Assembly (NCBI RefSeq): GCF_000412635.1
Contig: NZ_ASTG01000006.1
Span: 3,254 to 35,253 of the forward strand
Direction of reading: 5' to 3'
From: Sphingobium bisphenolivorans
GTDB lineage: Bacteria; Pseudomonadota; Alphaproteobacteria; Sphingomonadales; Sphingomonadaceae
DNA length: 32,000 nt
Shown: positions 26,255 to 32,000 of the stretch, one piece after another
Position numbering within the stretch: position 1 is the stretch's first letter
Layout: each line of letters opens with the position of its first letter
Made by a program: the position numbers and the translations under genes
The notes under the pieces: generated by a model
Databases searched by the model: none
Told to the model about the DNA's origin: nothing
Seen by the model: the letters and a program-made list of their open reading frames with translations, nothing else

Positions 26255-27348
26255 CAAACCATGGTCCGTCGCAGATGCTCCAGCTTGACCCGAAGCGCCG
26301 CTGGAGCGCGCAAGTTGCTGACCATCGCGTCGGCCTGGGCCTCGCTTATCTCCTGGTAGCGCGCCGCCTCTCCCACTATCCTCCCGTCGGAGAGGGTGGT
26401 ACGTACCGGCCGCAGCGCCACCAGCAGCCGCCGGTAATCGGCGTCCGATCCGCCCAGCGCGCGGCACAGCGCCGCCACCTGCGCGACGGAGCCCATCACC
26501 AGTATGTCGGCGACCTGCATGCACTCCATCCGCAGCCGCCGGCCCGCCAGTGCCGCGAACAGCAAAAAGCGGCGCTGCGCCAGGGCAGCGCCGATCAGAT
26601 CGGGCGCATCGGCCCTCTCCCCCAGCCTCTGCACGAGGCGGTCCGCCGCCGCGATCGGGCCAGCCTGCTCGTCATGCCGCCCCAGCATGGCCCAGCCCGC
26701 TTCTTCGAAGAGGGACAGCATCGCCTGCGCCTCCGCCGGATGGTCCTGCTGAGCGACAGCTGCCAGGCAAGCAGCTGCCGTCCAGACCAGTTCCGTATAA
26801 TGGGCGGCAGGAAGGTCGGGGTGCATGGCCTGGTGCTCACCTCCAGCCATCAGCCAGCGCGCCTCCGCCAGAGCCATGGCGGCCAACGCTTCATCCAGCG
26901 CCTGATCCCCGGCGGCGAACAAGGCCTCCGCCTCCGTTTCCCCCGGATGATCTTCTGGGCGGCCGGTCTGGCGCAGCATCAGGCTCACACCCGCGCGCAT
27001 CTGCATATGGGCCAGCAGAGCAGGCGAAAGAAGGGTCGGCTGTGCACATAACGCCGGCCAGCACAGCGGCTCTGGCCGGGCTGCCAGCAAAGCCGCACCC
27101 GCGGCGCTCGCCTCCAGGGAAAGCCGCAACCCGGTTTCGATGGCGGTGACGCATCCGCCAAGATGCCGCCGAGTCTCGACCAGCAAAACATCATTCCGCT
27201 CGCGCCCTTCCTCCGGAAAGAAGAACGCGAGATCAATGGCATGATCGATCGGCACGGCGGACATGCCGGGCCTGACTCGCGCCATCGGCCAGCTGTCCGC
27301 CATGCTCGGTCCGTTCAAGGGCGAAAAGGCGCTCATTGCGGCGACCAT
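26254..27348 (-). CDS. Hypothetical protein, possibly DUF2336-like, co-transcribed with the kinase-like gene
   Basis: 364 aa helical protein with a C-terminal region QVAALCRALGGSDADYRRLLVALRPVR...GEAARYQEISEAQADAMVSNLR. Overlaps the kinase start as TGATG. The start may be at 27336. Confidence 0.65.
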   Translation of the reverse strand: MVAAMSAFSPLNGPSMADSWPMARVRPGMSAVPIDHAIDLAFFFPEEGRERNDVLLVETRRHLGGCVTAIETGLRLSLEASAAGAALLAARPEPLCWPALCAQPTLLSPALLAHMQMRAGVSLMLRQTGRPEDHPGETEAEALFAAGDQALDEALAAMALAEARWLMAGGEHQAMHPDLPAAHYTELVWTAAACLAAVAQQDHPAEAQAMLSLFEEAGWAMLGRHDEQAGPIAAADRLVQRLGERADAPDLIGAALAQRRFLLFAALAGRRLRMECMQVADILVMGSVAQVAALCRALGGSDADYRRLLVALRPVRTTLSDGRIVGEAARYQEISEAQADAMVSNLRAPAALRVKLEHLRRTMV

Positions 27349-27388
27349 AGCCGCACGTCGTTAAAATGCACTAAACCCTAAGCAGAAT

Positions 27389-28561
27389 TCACGGCTGATC
27401 GCGGCGCAGCAAGATCATCGCTCCGACCGAAGCGATGGCGCAGAAGGTCGCGACACTCGTCATGGGCGTGAGCGCGCCTGTCATGGCCGCCAGCAGCAGC
27501 AGGATCAGCGCGCTGGCTGGCGTGAAAATCATCCATGGCCTGATGCCGCCCGTCCTATGCCGCCGATCCGCCACTTGCACGATCGCGAGCAGCAGGGCGA
27601 GGTAGATTGTCCCCATCGTATCGCCCGACAAGGCGATGCCGAGCAGCGCGACAGCAGGCGTGACGAAGGCCGTCCAGCCCATGGGCGGTGAGCGGAGCGC
27701 CAGTTCGTCCAAACGATCGGCTATTTCCGCCAGCAGCAGCGCCAGCAACAACAGGCAAAATCCCGCGCCAACCCAGAGCAGTTCGATCGGCACCAGCCCG
27801 ATCGCCCCCAGCACCATGGCCGCGATCCGCATTTGCGGCGCCGGCACCTGCATGCGCATCAGCGCCGGACCGACGAGCCGGGCCAGCGGAGCCAGCAGAT
27901 AATGTTCGGCGCCGCCCCGCGACTGCTGGAGCCGGGGGCCGCTCGACAGCACCGCCTGCGCGGCGACATCAGCCTGTTCCTGCCCATCGACGAGAGCAAC
28001 CCGCCCCTCCAGCAGATCATCCTGCGGCACCGTGACGCGTCGCGCACCGGCCTGAACCGCGCTACGCACCAGAGTCAGCGACAGGTCCCAGTCGCCGATC
28101 ATATCGAGCGTGTTGAACAGCAGGTCGGGGCTGATCCGCGCCAGGCCGGCCCAGCGCTGCCCGGCGTCGATCCGTTCGAACGGCGCGCTCGCCCGGCTGT
28201 CGTCGGTTACCAGCAGCGCATTTCCTTGCCGCTCCGCCATCGCCTCGAAATGACCCTGCGCCACGATCGCGCCATCTGCGACCAGCAGCGTATCGGCGTC
28301 GCGCGGAGCATCGCGAACCATGGACACCATGTCGCGGATCAGCGCGACCGCGATACCGTCCGCCGAAAGACGATCGACGGCCTGCGACAAAGCAGGCGTA
28401 ATCACGCTGACGACGATCATGATCCGGTCCGCACCAGCCCGCGCAGCTTGGCGTGCCTGATATTCCACCAGTGTCTGACCTGCGAAGTGCAGGCTGCCAC
28501 GAAGCGGTGCAGCCGGATCACCGGACGTCCGGCTCGCGCTGAGAATGGCTGCAAATGTCAT
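27389..28561 (-). CDS. Membrane protein with N-terminal nucleotidyltransferase-like region
   Basis: From MTFAAILSASRTSGDPAAPLRGSLHFAGQTLVEYQARQAARAGADRIMIVV..., followed by several C-terminal TM segments. The family call is tentative and the start uncertain. Confidence 0.6.
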   Translation of the reverse strand: MTFAAILSASRTSGDPAAPLRGSLHFAGQTLVEYQARQAARAGADRIMIVVSVITPALSQAVDRLSADGIAVALIRDMVSMVRDAPRDADTLLVADGAIVAQGHFEAMAERQGNALLVTDDSRASAPFERIDAGQRWAGLARISPDLLFNTLDMIGDWDLSLTLVRSAVQAGARRVTVPQDDLLEGRVALVDGQEQADVAAQAVLSSGPRLQQSRGGAEHYLLAPLARLVGPALMRMQVPAPQMRIAAMVLGAIGLVPIELLWVGAGFCLLLLALLLAEIADRLDELALRSPPMGWTAFVTPAVALLGIALSGDTMGTIYLALLLAIVQVADRRHRTGGIRPWMIFTPASALILLLLAAMTGALTPMTSVATFCAIASVGAMILLRRDQP

Positions 28562-28640
28562 GCCGTTGAGAAACCGACCCGATCGTTGTTCGACCCACCT
28601 TTTTGCAAGCCGGGCGCCATCACGCAAGCCGGGTGGCGCT

Positions 28641-28943
28641 TCACCCCTCGGAAAGCTCATCCAGCATGGCGCGCAACCGGCGCAGCACGCGCGGATCACC
28701 GGGTGCCGAATCGGCTGCCTCGTCCGCCATCGCAATCAGGCTGCTCATGCCGAAACTCGCCGCCAGCCCCTTCAGCCGCCATGCGGCCAGTTCCCAGTTC
28801 GCGTCGCAGCGTGCCCGGCGTAGCAGATCGAATTGCCGCTCGGCGCTTTCCATGAAGGCGACGCGCAGGTCGGCAATCAGCGTACGGTCGTCGCCCACCG
28901 CAGCGGCTAGGGCAGCATTCAGGGCGCCTGGATCGTAGGACAT
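28641..28943 (-). CDS. Hpt-domain-like protein lacking the canonical phospho-histidine
   Basis: 100 aa MSYDPGALNAALAAAVGDDRTLIADLRVAFMESAERQFDLLRRARCDANWELAAWRLKGLAASFGMSSLIAMADEAADSAPG. Matches the AHxLKGxxxxxG Hpt pattern except W for H. Confidence 0.75.
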   Translation of the reverse strand: MSYDPGALNAALAAAVGDDRTLIADLRVAFMESAERQFDLLRRARCDANWELAAWRLKGLAASFGMSSLIAMADEAADSAPGDPRVLRRLRAMLDELSEG

Positions 28944-29023
28944 AGGGCGAACGCTATCTGGCTTGCGTTAAGTTTTGGTAACAGGCCATTTTCGTTCGTC
29001 GAAAAGCTGCTAGGATGCGCGGC

Positions 29024-31696
29024 ATGAATGGGGGCAGCACAATCGTCGAATTTTGGCGAGACAATAAGGCAGCGGCCGATAACGCCGCGCAGGCCGAGGA
29101 TATCCTGCTTTTGGATCAGGCTGCACCTGATCTGGAGCAAGAGTCACTCGCCGCTGATGAGGCCGAAGGCTCCGTCCGCGGCGCGCAGATCGCGTTCCTA
29201 ATAGCCGGGCTGGTTTGGCTCGTCTTCGCCGCTTGGGCAACCATATCGTCGGGCCAGTGGCAGGCTGGTCCTGCCGGGTGGCCGGGACTGGTTGCGACCA
29301 TTCTCATCCCCCTGACGCTTCTTGGTGTTTGCTATCTTCTGCTCCTGCGCAACAGCCGCACCGAAGCGCGGCGCTATATCGACACGGCCCGAACGCTCCG
29401 CGCAGAGGCGGAGTTGCTTGAGCTTCGCCTTGGCCGGATCGCTCGTCAGCTCGAAACGGCGCGGCAGACGATGCACGACCAGGCCGAATTGCTCGACAGC
29501 TATGGCGCCGCCGCAAGCAGCAATATGGAGGCTTCGGCGGAGTTGATCGCCGGCCGGGCGAACAGCACAGCGGAACGCGCCGAAGCAGCGGAACAGGCCG
29601 CGCTCGCCCTTGTCCAGCGGATGGAAACGCTCATCGGCTCCATTCCAGAACTGGAGGATCGCGCGACTCGCATGGCCGCGCGGATCATCGACAATGGCCA
29701 CGCGCTGTCCGAGCGGATCGACACACTGGAAGCCCGCCTGCATGCTCTCGGCGAACTGTCCGACGACGCTCGTACGCGCACACTTTCGGCGACCAAGAGC
29801 CTGTCCAGCCAGCTTACCCAGCTTCAGGAGGCGACACGGTCTGCCACGCAGGAGGTCAATGGCCTTGCCGATTTGGCCGCCAACCGGATCGACGTCACCA
29901 CCCAGAATGCCCGCCTGGCGCTGGAGGATAGCCGTCAGGATATCGAGCAGCAGGCAAGTTCGCTCGAATGTCTGGTCGCCCGCATCCGCGACAATGTGTC
30001 CGACACCACGCGTTCGATGGCGGCGGCGCTGACGCGGGAACTGGACAATGCCGAAGCGGACGTGCGGCAGCGGCTCGAAGCGTCACTCGCCAGTGCGCGG
30101 GAAAGCATGGCTGCGACGGATGCTGACCTCTCTGCGCAGGCGGTATCGCTGCGCACGCTCATCGAAGAAGCACGTTCGGGCATCGTCGGTACCAGCCAGA
30201 CGGCACTTGCCACCCTGTCCCGCGACGCACAGGCGATCGAGGCCGAGTTGCACGATCGGATCGCCGCTGCCGTGGCGCAAGCGCGTGAAAGCCTGAGCTT
30301 CACGGAGGCCGGAATCACGCGTCAGACCGAAGCGCTCGACGCACTGATCGCACGCTCCCGCACGAGCATTGAGGCAATCGGCAATGATTCTGTCGCTCAT
30401 CTGGCGGATCATGTCGCGGAAGTTGAAAGCCGCCTGCATCAGATCAACGATCTGGTCGAGGGTCAACGGACGCTCGTTTCAGGGCTTCAGACCAACCTCA
30501 ACGAAGCGGTAGACGCCGCGCAATCGCGCTTCACGGCGATGGAAGACGCCGCCCTCGCCCGCAACGAGCGGCTGACCGAGGCATTATCTCGCCTGACGGC
30601 TGAAACCCAGCGCATCGACAGCGCGCTCGCGCAAGGCGGTATCACGGCCGAAAAGCTGATCGGCAGTGCGGAAACCCTGCTGGTCGCGCTCGATTCGAGT
30701 GTGCGCGAGCTGGACGAAACCTTCCCCGCGGCGCTGGAGCGCTTTAACGGGCGCATCGAAAGCAGCCGGACTTTGCTCGACAGTGCAGCGCCCGAGATCG
30801 AACGGCTGGAGGCCATTTCCGAGGCACTCGTCGGACGCACGCAGGAGGCGGAGGAACTGCTCCGCGGTCAGGGCCGTCGCCTCACCGAATGGTTGGAAAG
30901 CACGCAGAGCGGCGTCGATGCCAATCGCGAGCTGGTCGAAAAGCTACGCACCGCGCTCGACAATGCGCATCAGGACGCGACCCGCATTACCGAGGGCGCC
31001 GGGCCGCTGCTGGTCACCGCGCTGCTCCGCGTCAAGGATACGGCGGATCAAGCAGCCGAACGCGCCCGCCAAGCCCTGAGCCGGGCCATTCCCGATGCCG
31101 CCCAGTCGTTGGCTGACGCCAGTGAGGCCGCCATGCAGCGGGCGATCGACGAAAAGGTCACCGCGCAGATCGAGATGGTCGCGCAAGTCGCGGAGGAAGC
31201 GGTCAAGGCCGCGCACCAGGCGTCCGATCGCCTGACCCGGCAGTTGCTGACGATCGCCGACACGAGCGCCGGGTTGGAGGCGCGGATCGAGGAAGCGCAG
31301 CGGGCAGCCGAAGACCGCGACCGGGAACATTTCGCCCGCCGCTCCGCGCTTATCATCGAATCGCTCAACAGCACCGCCATCGACGTCTCCAAGATTCTGT
31401 CGAACGACGTCACCGACTCTGCCTGGTCAGCCTATCTCAAGGGTGATCGCGGGGTGTTCACCCGCCGCGCCGTCAAGCTGCTCGACGCTGGTGAATCCCG
31501 CGAGATCGCGCTTCATTACGACAGCGATCCTGAATTTCAGGAGCATGTGAACCGCTACATCCATGATTTCGAATCGATGCTGCGGATCATCCTGTCGGCG
31601 CGAGACGGCAATGCGCTGGGCGTAGCGCTGCTCTCGTCTGACATGGGCAAGCTCTATGTCGCGCTGGCACAGGCGATCGAACGGCTGAGGCAGTAG
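29024..31696 (+). CDS. Large inner-membrane coiled-coil protein (two N-terminal TM segments plus long coiled coil), TipN-like architecture
   Basis: About 890 aa with TM segments GAQIAFLIAGLVWLVFAAWATI and GLVATILIPLTLLGVCYLLLL. Long heptad-rich region, then the globular C-terminus DVSKILSNDVTDSAWSAYLKGDRGVFTRRAVKLLDAGESREIALHYDSDPEFQEHVNRYIHDFESMLR. Confidence 0.7.
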   Translation: MNGGSTIVEFWRDNKAAADNAAQAEDILLLDQAAPDLEQESLAADEAEGSVRGAQIAFLIAGLVWLVFAAWATISSGQWQAGPAGWPGLVATILIPLTLLGVCYLLLLRNSRTEARRYIDTARTLRAEAELLELRLGRIARQLETARQTMHDQAELLDSYGAAASSNMEASAELIAGRANSTAERAEAAEQAALALVQRMETLIGSIPELEDRATRMAARIIDNGHALSERIDTLEARLHALGELSDDARTRTLSATKSLSSQLTQLQEATRSATQEVNGLADLAANRIDVTTQNARLALEDSRQDIEQQASSLECLVARIRDNVSDTTRSMAAALTRELDNAEADVRQRLEASLASARESMAATDADLSAQAVSLRTLIEEARSGIVGTSQTALATLSRDAQAIEAELHDRIAAAVAQARESLSFTEAGITRQTEALDALIARSRTSIEAIGNDSVAHLADHVAEVESRLHQINDLVEGQRTLVSGLQTNLNEAVDAAQSRFTAMEDAALARNERLTEALSRLTAETQRIDSALAQGGITAEKLIGSAETLLVALDSSVRELDETFPAALERFNGRIESSRTLLDSAAPEIERLEAISEALVGRTQEAEELLRGQGRRLTEWLESTQSGVDANRELVEKLRTALDNAHQDATRITEGAGPLLVTALLRVKDTADQAAERARQALSRAIPDAAQSLADASEAAMQRAIDEKVTAQIEMVAQVAEEAVKAAHQASDRLTRQLLTIADTSAGLEARIEEAQRAAEDRDREHFARRSALIIESLNSTAIDVSKILSNDVTDSAWSAYLKGDRGVFTRRAVKLLDAGESREIALHYDSDPEFQEHVNRYIHDFESMLRIILSARDGNALGVALLSSDMGKLYVALAQAIERLRQ

Positions 31697-31716
31697 CGCC
31701 AGCAGCCGCAGTAATA

Positions 31717-32000
31717 TTATCGGGCGAGCGCGTCATTGGGATCGATCGCCCGTATAGCCGTCGTCGGTGGATTGACGTCGGCCGCTATCTGGGCCGCCGT
31801 TAGCGTTGCCGGCGCTTCCGAAGCGAGCGTTACTTCCCGATCCACATAGACGTCGAAAGCCGTGCCCGCCGGCAATTTGACCTCCTTGCCCCGGACCAGA
31901 AAGGCGAGCGGCAGGAAGACGACACCGGCTCCAACCGAACCTAAGGTTCCCGATCCCCCCTTCGCGTTCCACTCGCCGCGCACGGGCACCTCCGCCTGCC
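31717..32000 (-). CDS. C-terminal part of a hypothetical protein, running off the window edge
   Basis: The frame stays open to the edge (...QAEVPVRGEWNAKGGSGTLGSVGAGVVFLPLAFLVRGKEVKLPAGTAFDVYVDREVTL...ALAR*). The alternative GTG start at 31989 in the track is probably internal. Confidence 0.5.
   Translation of the reverse strand, partial: QAEVPVRGEWNAKGGSGTLGSVGAGVVFLPLAFLVRGKEVKLPAGTAFDVYVDREVTLASEAPATLTAAQIAADVNPPTTAIRAIDPNDALAR

Noticed and set aside
24800-31330. Several overlapping ORFs antisense or out of frame to the 24.8-31.7 kb genes (e.g. 24800..25627 +, 26209..27051 +, 27833..28855 +)
   Set aside because: Low-complexity Arg/Pro/Ala/Ser composition and no family features. Explained by GC-rich third-position bias opposite real genes.
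31717-31989. Complete 90-aa ORF with start at 31989
   Set aside because: The start is a GTG in a frame still open to the window edge (upstream codons CAG GCG GAG). It is more likely the C-terminus of a larger protein.
1-32000. tRNA/rRNA genes, CRISPR arrays, transposases, integrases or att sites
   Set aside because: None recognised by eye. No regularly spaced repeats, T-loop-like GTTCGA blocks in intergenic gaps, or recombinase-like ORFs were seen. Running tRNAscan-SE or a CRISPR finder would be decisive.

Overview
This 32 kb, GC-rich window looks like ordinary chromosome from an alphaproteobacterium, probably a sphingomonad. The lineage call is inferred from protein style only. Positions 1 to about 12.2 kb (minus strand) hold a nearly complete gene-transfer-agent (GTA)-like capsid/tail cluster in RcGTA-like order. 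It runs from TerL through portal, DUF6127-like, prohead protease, HK97 capsid, gp6-like adaptor, DUF3168, major tail, gp10-like, tail chaperone, a very short tape measure, a DUF2460 protein with a large N-terminal extension, DUF2163 and NlpC/P60, to the start of the gp15/megatron protein. A GNAT gene on the plus strand separates TerL from a TerS-like HTH protein at 13.5 kb. Downstream lie a GST, a TonB-like protein, a YqaA/DedA protein, lnt, metK, lexA (with an exact GTTC-N7-GTTC SOS box), comEC, gltX and gltA. A minus-strand block follows, containing a sensor kinase-like protein whose H-box His appears to be Arg and an Hpt-like protein whose phospho-His appears to be Trp. The window ends with a large two-TM coiled-coil protein (TipN-like architecture) and a partial ORF. 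No tRNA, rRNA, CRISPR array, transposase or integrase was recognised. The most interesting points are the architecture of the GTA cluster (fused DUF2460, no recognisable gp7/stopper, extra cargo-like genes), the paired loss of phospho-acceptor histidines, and the structured short metK leader. No wholly new defence-type system is evident.
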